Source: Gemmatimonadota bacterium
Lineage (GTDB): Bacteria > Gemmatimonadota > Gemmatimonadetes > Longimicrobiales > RSA9
Assembly: GCA_040905425.1 (NCBI GenBank)
Contig: JBBDRO010000104.1
Coordinates: 1 to 15,336 of the forward strand
DNA length: 15,336 bases
Direction of reading: 5' to 3'
Part shown: in pieces, positions 8,406 through 15,336 of the stretch
How positions within the stretch are numbered: position 1 is the stretch's first letter
How the letters are laid out: each line of letters starts with the position of its first letter
The notes under the pieces: generated by a model
The model's database searches: none
The model's input: the letters and a program-made list of their open reading frames with translations, nothing else
What the model was told of the DNA's origin: nothing
Translations under genes and position numbers: made by a program

Positions 8406-8621
8406 TTAGGCTTCCAGCCGCGTGACGTTCTCGGCGCGGGGGCCCTTCGTATCCTGAACGAGGTCGAACTCGACCCGCTCGCCTGGCGAGAGGGACTTGA
8501 AACCCGTACCCTCGATCGCGGAGTGGTGGACGAAAACGTCCTTGTCACCCTCGTCGGGCTTGATGAAGCCGAAGCCCTTGTCATCCATGAAGCGTTCCAC
8601 CGTGCCAGTCACTCGTGCCAT
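8406..8621 (-). CDS. csp: Cold-shock domain protein (71 aa)
   Basis: [20 protein letters not shown]...DVFVHHSAI...GFKSL...VEF...KGPRAENV, with RNP1 (KGFGFI) and RNP2 (VFVH). The ATG at 8621 gives the canonical length. Confidence 0.95.
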   Translation of the reverse strand: MARVTGTVERFMDDKGFGFIKPDEGDKDVFVHHSAIEGTGFKSLSPGERVEFDLVQDTKGPRAENVTRLEA

Positions 8622-8781
8622 CTCGTCAACCCGTCCGTTCGAGTAGCTACTTACCTGCCCCACACATATGAGGCCTGCAAGCATCGTACTTGATCGCGCT
8701 GAGCGCAAGGCTCGGAGAAAAAAAACGTTGACCGGAGGGGGTTTTTCGGGTCAGGTGCGGACGGCTGGAAACGCGCGCGCA

Positions 8782-8820
8782 GCCGCACCCGGGCTGGCCC
8801 CGAGCGCCGCACCCGGGCTG
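8782..8820. repeat. Two 15-bp direct repeats GCCGCACCCGGGCTG in the divergent csp/DUF4389 intergenic region
   Basis: Exact copies at 8782-8796 and 8806-8820 (24-bp period). Confidence 0.75.
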
Positions 8821-8903
8821 CCGCCTAGTGAAACACACGCGTGGGGCCGCGCGTAGGGGCGTGCGTGAGGTTGATGGCCGGATGGCTACACCGGAGGTGA
8901 AGG

Positions 8904-9602
8904 ATGGCTGGGTTCGAGGACGAGATCGAGGACGAGGTCGAGGACCAGACAGTGGACGCGGTGCCCTATCCCGTGGCCGTGGACATCAAGGCCGCTACCC
9001 ACGAGCGGAACCGCCTCACGGCGGCCTTCCGCTTCTTCCTGGCCCTGCCGCACATCTTCCTGGTGGGCGGGCCGGTGGCCATGGTCTTTGCCACCGACTG
9101 GGGCTCGGACTCCCACCTGGAGTTCGGCTACGGCTCGGCCGGCCTGCTCGGCGCCGTGGCCGCCCTGGTGGCGGTGATTGCCTGGTGCTTCATTGTCTTC
9201 ACCACCCGCCACCCGGACGGGCTCTGGAAGCTGGCCGCCTTCTACCTGCGCTGGCGCGTGCGGGCCATTGCCTACATGACCCTGCTGCGTGACGAGTACC
9301 CCCCGTTCGGCGACGGCGAGTATCCCGCCGAACTGGTGCTCTCCATGCCGGAGGGCGAGCGTGACCGGGTGAGCGTCTTCTTCCGCCTCTTCCTGGCCAT
9401 TCCCCACCTCTTCATCCTGTGGTTCCTGAGCCTGGCGTGGGGCGTCACCACGGCCATTGCCTGGGTGGTGATCCTGCTGACGGGGCGCTACCCGGAAGGG
9501 CTCTACGGCTTTGCCATCGGCGTGCTGGCCTGGAGCATCCGCGTGGAGGCCTACCTGCTGCTGCTGCGCGACGAGTACCCGCCGTTCACGCTGCGCGCGT
9601 GA
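8904..9602 (+). CDS. DUF4389 domain membrane protein with two domain copies (232 aa)
   Basis: Strong RBS GGAGGTGA. Two repeats of R..v.FR.FLA.PH...FT/LTGR.P.GL...RV.AY..LLRDEYPPF. Confidence 0.9.
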   Translation: MAGFEDEIEDEVEDQTVDAVPYPVAVDIKAATHERNRLTAAFRFFLALPHIFLVGGPVAMVFATDWGSDSHLEFGYGSAGLLGAVAALVAVIAWCFIVFTTRHPDGLWKLAAFYLRWRVRAIAYMTLLRDEYPPFGDGEYPAELVLSMPEGERDRVSVFFRLFLAIPHLFILWFLSLAWGVTTAIAWVVILLTGRYPEGLYGFAIGVLAWSIRVEAYLLLLRDEYPPFTLRA

Positions 9603-9703
9603 GGTGAGGGGGGCGGCGCACGTGAGGTGAGGGCTGCGCGCGTGAGGTGAGGGTGGCGCGCGTGAGGTGAGGGTGGCGCGCGTGAGGTGAGGGTGGCGCG
9701 CGT
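9594..9703. repeat. Five-copy ~20-bp tandem repeat (CGCGCGTGAGGTGAGGGTGG) starting across the DUF4389 stop codon
   Basis: The core CGTGAGGTGAGGG occurs at 9598, 9621, 9641, 9661 and 9681; the last three units are identical. Confidence 0.95.
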
Positions 9704-9761
9704 CGCCGCGCACACCCGGCGCGGCAGCCCGCCCCCCGTTGTCCCGCGCGGCGCCCATGCC

Positions 9762-9929
9762 CTAGTGATGTGTCGCAGAAGTCACGTTGCATTCGGATCC
9801 GGCTGCATCCCAGCCAGCGTCGTTGCTCGTCGTCGGCATAGCTACGGCTATGCTCTCCTCCTCGCGCCTAGCTGGCCGGGCGCATCCGGCCCCTCGGTGC
9901 GACACGGGACTTCTGCGACACATCACTAG
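9762..9929. mobile_element. MITE-like element 1 (168 bp) with a perfect 22-bp terminal inverted repeat
   Basis: CTAGTGATGTGTCGCAGAAGTC (9762-9783) is the exact reverse complement of GACTTCTGCGACACATCACTAG (9908-9929). TA at both ends, no coding capacity, nested internal palindromes. Confidence 0.8.
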
Positions 9930-10089
9930 TGTACTGACCCACGAGTTCGCCGGCATTCGAAGCCCGCTGCATCCCACATCGCTGCGTTGCTCCTCCTCGA
10001 CGTAGCGCTGCTACGCCTTCGTCGTCGCGCCTTGCGCTGCGGGCGCATCGAACTTCTCGGTGCTCGCCGACTCATGGGTCAGTACACTA
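9927..10089. mobile_element. MITE-like element 2 (163 bp) with a 19/20 terminal inverted repeat, sharing a TA with element 1
   Basis: TAGTGTACTGACCCACGAGT (9927-9946) pairs with ACTCATGGGTCAGTACACTA (10070-10089) with one mismatch. The internal core 9953-10063 is colinear with 9789-9900 of element 1. Confidence 0.8.
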
Positions 10090-10093
10090 ACTT
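10088..10093 (+). promoter_or_regulatory. Putative -10 box TAACTT 7 nt upstream of the ATPase ATG (leaderless start)
   Basis: TAACTT ccgcgct ATG with no Shine-Dalgarno. The same hexamer appears in the predicted promoter at 1470-1475. Confidence 0.55.
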
Positions 10094-10100
10094 CCGCGCT

Positions 10101-11723
10101 ATGGGCCAGACGCGAGTAGACCTGCTGCACCTCCTGGAGGACCTCCGCGACGCCTATCCCGGCGCGCTGGAGGAGACCATCGTGGGCGAGACGGTGGCCA
10201 ACGCCCTCGACTCCGGTGCCGACCGCATCTCCTTCAGCGCCGATCCCGCCGCCGCCACGCTCACCATCGTGGACGACGGCGCCGGCATGTCGCGCGCCCA
10301 GCTGCGCCGCTTCCACGACCTGGCGGCTACCTCCAAGCGCCGGGGACGGGGGATCGGCTTCGCGGGCGTGGGGATCAAGCTGGCGCTGCTGGCGTGTGAG
10401 GACGTGGTCACGGAATCACGTCGCGGGCAGAAGTCGCTTGCAACTTCGTGGCGCCTGGCCTCGAAGCAGAAGGCACCGTGGTCGTGGGTGGACGCCCCGG
10501 GGCTGGTCGGCGGCGAGAGCGGCACCGCGGTGCGGCTGCGCCTGAGCAACGCGCTCGGCCCGCTGCTCGACCCCGGCTGGCTGGCCACCACCCTGCTGCG
10601 CAGCTTTGCCCCCCTCTTCGATCCCGCCTTCGATGACATCCTGGAGAGCGCCTACGGCCAGGGGGTGGTCTTCGAGGTGAACGGCCAGCGCGTGCCCCGG
10701 GCCTCCATGGCGCACCTGCGCATCCTGGGCGACGCGGGCATCACCGATCGCGCCGAGGTGGCGGCCCGCCTGCCGCGCAAGCGGAAGCCCTCCGCGCAGG
10801 GCTGGCTGGCGCGCGCCGACGCGCCGCTGCCGGAGGAGGAGCGCGGCGTGGCCGTGGCCACCCTGGGCAAGGTCATCAAGCGCGGCTGGGACTGGCTGGG
10901 CGTGGCGCCCACGGAGGCCGACCGCATCAGCGGGCTCATCGAGGCGCCCGGCCTGGCCGAGGCGCTCACCCTGAACAAGGGTGACTTCATCCGCACCGGC
11001 GCGCGCGGCGCCACCTACCTGGCCTATCGCAAGATCCTGCAGGAGGCCGTGAGCCAGCAGCTGGCGGCGTGGGGGGACGCGCCCGAGCCGAAGCCCGCCC
11101 GCCGCCCGCGCACGCGCCGCATGGAGAAGGACCTGGAGCGGGTGCTGGTGGACATGGCCGGAGACTTTCCGCTCATCGGTTCGCTGGTGGAGCGGCGCCG
11201 GGGCGGGCAGCGGCGCATTGCCTTCGGCGGGGGCGGGACGCCGGCGGACGGCTGGGCGCCGGGCGCGGCGCTCGAGACCACGCCCTCCCCGGATCCGGAC
11301 TCAAGCGACGGTCCCGCTTCACCCTCGCCGCCTGGCGATGCCGGCTCCGCGGACTCCGCCACATCCGCCGGCCCCGAGGGGCCGGGGTCCGCTCCGGACG
11401 GCGGAGCGGACGCCGCGCCTGCCGGCGCGGACGCCGGCGGCCTGCCCGAGCGCAAGGGCAGAAAGCAGCGCGGGCGCTACGGGCTGGAGATTGCCTTCGA
11501 GAGCCGCGGCCCCGACGCCGAACTGGCGCGCCTGGTGGAGTCCACCGTGCGGGTCAACGACGCCCACCCCGCCTACCGCCGGGCGCTGGCCGCCCGCTCC
11601 GACGGCTACCACATTGCGCTGGGCGTGGCCATGGCGCTGGCGCCGCTGGCCGCCGAGCCGGCGGCCGCGCACCGCTTCATCACGGCCTTCCTGCGGCGCT
11701 GGGGGGAGGCGGCGGAGGGGTGA
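10101..11723 (+). CDS. GHKL-fold ATPase (HATPase_c_3 / prokaryotic MORC-like), 540 aa
   Basis: Bergerat motifs ETVANALDSG, DDGAGM, SK...GFAGVGIK and GTAV, then an S5-like middle region, a P/S/A/G/D linker and a C-terminal VRVNDAHPAY module. The ORF-track extension to 9987 lies inside element 2. Confidence 0.88.
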   Translation: MGQTRVDLLHLLEDLRDAYPGALEETIVGETVANALDSGADRISFSADPAAATLTIVDDGAGMSRAQLRRFHDLAATSKRRGRGIGFAGVGIKLALLACEDVVTESRRGQKSLATSWRLASKQKAPWSWVDAPGLVGGESGTAVRLRLSNALGPLLDPGWLATTLLRSFAPLFDPAFDDILESAYGQGVVFEVNGQRVPRASMAHLRILGDAGITDRAEVAARLPRKRKPSAQGWLARADAPLPEEERGVAVATLGKVIKRGWDWLGVAPTEADRISGLIEAPGLAEALTLNKGDFIRTGARGATYLAYRKILQEAVSQQLAAWGDAPEPKPARRPRTRRMEKDLERVLVDMAGDFPLIGSLVERRRGGQRRIAFGGGGTPADGWAPGAALETTPSPDPDSSDGPASPSPPGDAGSADSATSAGPEGPGSAPDGGADAAPAGADAGGLPERKGRKQRGRYGLEIAFESRGPDAELARLVESTVRVNDAHPAYRRALAARSDGYHIALGVAMALAPLAAEPAAAHRFITAFLRRWGEAAEG

Positions 11724-12772
11724 GGACGCGCGCGTGCGTGGCCACGCTGCTGGGCGCGGGGCTGGCGGCGCTGGCAGCGGGCTGCGGCGTGCCGCACCCG
11801 TCGCCGGACGTCACCAGGATCACCGGGGCGCCGCTGCGCGCCGTGCTCATCAGTGACCTGAACGCCGCCTACGGGGCCACCGCCTATCCGGCGGAGGTCC
11901 ACCACGCCGTGCGCCACATCACCACCAGCTGGCGCCCCGACCTGGTGCTCGTGGCCGGGGACATGGTGGCGGGGCAATCCGCCGGCCTGTCTGACTCGAC
12001 CGTGCGTGCCATGTGGGATGCGTTCGACGCGGCGGTGGCGGCGCCGCTGCGCGCGGCGGGCATTCCGCTCGTGGTCACCATGGGCAACCACGACGCGTCC
12101 GCCTACCCGGCGCATGCGCGCGACCGTGCCCTGGCCGCCGCCTACTGGCGGGGCACACCGCCGCCGACCGCGCCGCTGCCCTTCGTGGAGCGCGAACACT
12201 ACCCGCTGCGCTACACGGTGGCCCGGGGTGACGTCTTCCTGGTGGCCTGGGACGCCACGCGCCAGGAGAGCGCCACCGACGCGGAGCTCCTGGACTGGCT
12301 GCGGCGCTCGCTCGCCAGCCCGGAGGCGCGGCGCGCGCGCCACCGCGTGGTGCTCGGCCATCTGCCGCTCTACGGCGTGGCCGAGGGGCGCAACCGACCG
12401 GGCGAGGTGCTGGCCGACGGGGACCGGCTGCGCCGGCAGCTCGAGGCGTGGGGCGCCACCCTCTACATCAGCGGCCACCACCATGCGTATTACCCCGGGC
12501 GCCGCGGCGGTCTGGAACTCCTGCATGCGGGGGCGGTAGGCAATGGGCCGCGGCAGCTGCTCGGCGCGCGCATGCCGCCCACCCGGACCGTGAGCGTGCT
12601 GGATTTCCTGCCGGACTCCCTGGCCGTCACCACCTACGCCATCGGCGCGGAGGCGGGCGCGCTGGAGCGGATTTCCCTGGAAGATCTGCCGCCGGTGGTG
12701 TGCGGGCACAGCGGCTGGGTGGGGCGGCGCGATCTGCCGGCGGTCGACACCGCCTGCGCGGCCAGCCGCTAG
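11720..12772 (+). CDS. Calcineurin-like metallophosphoesterase, predicted lipoprotein (350 aa)
   Basis: GTG start overlapping the ATPase TGA (GTGA), preceded by GGAG. Signal peptide ends LAAG-C. Motifs SDLN, GDMV, GNHD, GHLP, SGHHH. Confidence 0.88.
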   Translation: MRTRACVATLLGAGLAALAAGCGVPHPSPDVTRITGAPLRAVLISDLNAAYGATAYPAEVHHAVRHITTSWRPDLVLVAGDMVAGQSAGLSDSTVRAMWDAFDAAVAAPLRAAGIPLVVTMGNHDASAYPAHARDRALAAAYWRGTPPPTAPLPFVEREHYPLRYTVARGDVFLVAWDATRQESATDAELLDWLRRSLASPEARRARHRVVLGHLPLYGVAEGRNRPGEVLADGDRLRRQLEAWGATLYISGHHHAYYPGRRGGLELLHAGAVGNGPRQLLGARMPPTRTVSVLDFLPDSLAVTTYAIGAEAGALERISLEDLPPVVCGHSGWVGRRDLPAVDTACAASR

Positions 12773-12883
12773 GCCGCGGCGGAGGATGCGCGCCGCCCGG
12801 TGCCGGGCGGGCGAGCGGCCGGACGGGTCCGGACGGCCGGACGCCGAGCGGCACGACGGTGCGGCGCGCGGGGGCCGATTTGC

Positions 12884-12913
12884 TTGACCCCGCGCGACCG
12901 GCCGATACACCTT
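12884..12913 (+). promoter_or_regulatory. Possible promoter TTGACC-N18-CACCTT for the choice-of-anchor B gene
   Basis: Near-consensus -35 at 12884-12889 and a degenerate -10 at 12908-12913, about 55 nt upstream of the ATG. Confidence 0.35.
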
Positions 12914-12967
12914 GGACCCCTGGCGCCCATGCAATCCGCGCCACCCTCCACTTCTCGAGGAAACAGC

Positions 12968-15336
12968 ATGCAGCAGACCCGCATCCTGGCCGCCTGCGCG
13001 GCCGCCCTGATGGTGAGCGCCGCGGCCGCCACCGCGCAGGAGCCCAACTTCGGCCGCGCCATCGCGCTCACCGAGGCCGACCTCTTCATCGGGCAGCCGG
13101 TCAACTGGTACGGGCCCGGGGTGGTCTACACCTACGGGCTGGACGCCGCCGGCGGATGGCGGGAGCACCAGCGGCTCACGGCCGCGGACTCCTCCCGCAT
13201 GGATGACTTCGGGCGCGCGCTGGCGGTGGCGGGCAACACGCTGGTGGTGGGCGCGCCGCGCAAGCGGGACGGCGCGGGCGTGGCCTACGTCTTCGAGCGC
13301 GCCAGCGCGGACGGCACCTGGCGCCAGAGCGCCGTCATCGAGCCGCCCGCCGCGGGCGATCACACCGAGTACGCGGCGGCGCTGGCGCTCGTGGGCCAGG
13401 AGGAACTGCTCGTGGGCGCGCCCGCCGTGGACGGCACGGGCGTGGTCTACCACTACCGGCAGGGCGCCGACGGCGCCTGGTCACTGCGCGCCACGCTCCG
13501 GCCCCCCGCGGGCGCGGCCGGCTTCGGGCGGGCGCTGGCCCGGCAGGACGACTGGCTGCTCGTGGGCGCGCCGGACACCGATGACGGTGCCGGCCGGGTC
13601 TTCGCGGCGCAACGCGGCGTGGACGGCGCGTGGGGCCAGCCGGCCGCCGTGAACCTGCCCGGCCTGGAGGGCGGCGGGCGCGCCGGCATCGGCGCGGCCG
13701 TGCTGTTGGACGGGGCGCGGGCCTACGTGGGCGCCCCTGGCGCGGCCACCCTCTTCACCCTGGCGCGCGAGGCCGATGGGGGCTGGACGGCCACCGGCCA
13801 GCTGCAGCCCTTCGACGCCGCGCGCGGCACGCGCTTCGGCGCCGCCGTGGCCAGCGTGGCGGAGGAGCTGTGGGTGGGCGCGCCGGGCGTGAATCGAGCC
13901 AACGGTCGCTTATACAGGTTTGCGCCGGATGAAGACGGCGGGTGGCGGAGCGCCGTGCGCCTGGAGGCCGACTCGGCCGACGGTACCGCCTGGCCGTTCG
14001 GCTTCGGCTACGCCATGGCGGCGGCGGACGGGCGCGCGGTGGTGGGCATGCCCACGCGCGATTTCGGCGAGGGGCGCGCCGTGGTGATGGCCCGGGAGGG
14101 CGGCGCGTGGCGGGCCGCGCAGCAGCTCGAGGGGCGGATCTACGCCATCGGGGAAACGCTCGCGTCGGGGCAGCGCTGCCAGGAGGGGCGGCTGGAGGAG
14201 TTCCCGTGCGCCAACATCGAGGTGGTGTCCCATATGCCGATCAGCGAGCTGGGTGGCGCGCGCGGCGTGTGGGTGAACGACGTCTGGGGGTGGAGCGATC
14301 CCGAGACCGGCCGCGATTACGCACTGGTGGCGCGCCGGGACGGGGCCTCCTTCGTGGACGTGACGGACCCCACCGCGCCGCGCCTGGTGGGCAACCTGCC
14401 GCGCACGCAGGGCTCGCCGCCCTCGGTCTGGCGGGACATCAAGGTGCTCGGCAATCACGCCTACGTGGTGGCGGACGGCGCGGGCGCGCACGGCATGCAG
14501 ATCTTCGATCTCACGCGGCTGCGCGGCGTGACGGATCCGGCCACGGTGTTCGAGCCGGACGCCACCTACCGCGAGATCCACAGCGCGCACAACGTGGTGG
14601 CCGACACGGCCTCCGGCTTCCTCTACGTGGTGGGCGCCAACAGCGGCGGAGAGAGCTGCGGCGGCGGGCTGCACATGGTGGATGCACGCGAGCGCGAGAA
14701 CCCCACCTTCGCCGGCTGCTACAACGACCGCGCGGGCACGAACAGCCGCGGCTACACGCACGACGCGCAGTGCGTCACCTACCAGGGGCCCGACGCCGCC
14801 TACCGCGGCCGCGAGATCTGCGTGGGCTCCAACGAGACCGAGATCAACATTGCCGACGTCACGGACAAGGCCAACCCCGTCACCGTGGGCCGCAACAGCT
14901 ATCCCAACGTGGCCTACGCGCACCAGGGCTGGTTCGACGAGGAGCAGCGCTACTTCTACATGAACGACGAGCTGGACGAACTGTCCGGCAACGTGGCCGG
15001 CACGCGCACCATCGTCTGGGACCTGACGGAGCTGGAGGACCCGATCGTGGCGCACGAGTACATCGGCCCCGTGCGCGCGTCGGACCACAACCTCTACGTG
15101 GTGGGTGACAGGGTCTATCAGTCCAACTACGGCAGCGGGCTGCGCGTCCTGGACATCAGCGATCGCACCAACCCGCGCGAGGCGGCGTTCTTCGACAGCG
15201 CTCCCTACAACCAGGACGGGCCCGGACACAGCGCCACCGAGAGCGGCGCGTGGAGCAACTACCCGTTCTTCGAGAGCGGCATCGTGGTGTTCACCAGCGT
15301 GCGCGAAGGGCTCTTCATCGTGCGCGTGGTGGACGG
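12968..15336 (+). CDS. Secreted FG-GAP repeat + choice-of-anchor B family protein (partial, >789 aa; absent from the ORF track because no stop is in the window)
   Basis: GAGG RBS then MQQTRILAACAAALMVSAAAATA-Q. Repeated FGRALAV...LVVGAP...G.AYVFER units, then CQEG...FPC.NIEVVS, NDVWGWSDPETGRDYA, WRDIKV, YTHDAQC, YAHQGW, DHNLYV, GAWSNYPFF and EGLFIV. Start and end are in the same frame. Confidence 0.92.
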   Translation, partial: MQQTRILAACAAALMVSAAAATAQEPNFGRAIALTEADLFIGQPVNWYGPGVVYTYGLDAAGGWREHQRLTAADSSRMDDFGRALAVAGNTLVVGAPRKRDGAGVAYVFERASADGTWRQSAVIEPPAAGDHTEYAAALALVGQEELLVGAPAVDGTGVVYHYRQGADGAWSLRATLRPPAGAAGFGRALARQDDWLLVGAPDTDDGAGRVFAAQRGVDGAWGQPAAVNLPGLEGGGRAGIGAAVLLDGARAYVGAPGAATLFTLAREADGGWTATGQLQPFDAARGTRFGAAVASVAEELWVGAPGVNRANGRLYRFAPDEDGGWRSAVRLEADSADGTAWPFGFGYAMAAADGRAVVGMPTRDFGEGRAVVMAREGGAWRAAQQLEGRIYAIGETLASGQRCQEGRLEEFPCANIEVVSHMPISELGGARGVWVNDVWGWSDPETGRDYALVARRDGASFVDVTDPTAPRLVGNLPRTQGSPPSVWRDIKVLGNHAYVVADGAGAHGMQIFDLTRLRGVTDPATVFEPDATYREIHSAHNVVADTASGFLYVVGANSGGESCGGGLHMVDARERENPTFAGCYNDRAGTNSRGYTHDAQCVTYQGPDAAYRGREICVGSNETEINIADVTDKANPVTVGRNSYPNVAYAHQGWFDEEQRYFYMNDELDELSGNVAGTRTIVWDLTELEDPIVAHEYIGPVRASDHNLYVVGDRVYQSNYGSGLRVLDISDRTNPREAAFFDSAPYNQDGPGHSATESGAWSNYPFFESGIVVFTSVREGLFIVRVVD

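Noticed and set aside
8825..8831. CTAGTGA matching the start of element 1
   Set aside because: No partner inverted repeat or core sequence follows; a 7-nt match is insufficient.
9594..9703. CRISPR array interpretation of the 20-bp repeats
   Set aside because: Units are contiguous with no unique spacers, the period is only 20-23 bp, and no cas genes are in the window.
9687..10100. Small ORFs across the MITE-like elements and the 38-aa extension of the ATPase
   Set aside because: They derive from palindromic element sequence (both strands end ...TSATHH*) and show no transposase motifs.
12793..12845. Hairpin CCGCCCGG/CCGGGCGG and three CCGGACG copies after the phosphoesterase
   Set aside because: Short, almost all GC and without a U tract; it might aid termination but cannot be supported.
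11606..15229. Long minus-strand ORFs (11606-13453, 13910-15229) and the alternate-frame plus ORF 13942-15108
   Set aside because: They overlap the phosphoesterase and choice-of-anchor B genes, are biased in composition and have no recognisable motifs.

Overview
Very GC-rich bacterial window; the gene content resembles Gemmatimonadota-like genomes, but this is an inference. In order: the tail of an upstream CDS, an FmdB zinc-ribbon gene, then on the minus strand a secreted DUF4168-like/His-rich protein, a penicillin-acylase-family Ntn hydrolase, a MacA + ATPase + two-permease ABC exporter cluster, a small membrane ORF and a cold-shock protein. On the plus strand follow a DUF4389 membrane protein, a GHKL (MORC-like) ATPase, a lipoprotein metallophosphoesterase and an FG-GAP/choice-of-anchor B protein that runs off the window end. 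The most unusual region is the 9603-10100 intergenic stretch. It holds a 20-bp tandem repeat and two ~165-bp non-coding elements arranged TA-[element 1]-TA-[element 2]-TA. The elements have different terminal inverted repeats but share a ~111-bp core whose differences are largely compensatory, including a ladder of tandem G.A pairs that can form only on the minus strand. Removing both elements restores a TTGTCC-N18-TAACTT promoter in front of the apparently leaderless GHKL ATPase gene.
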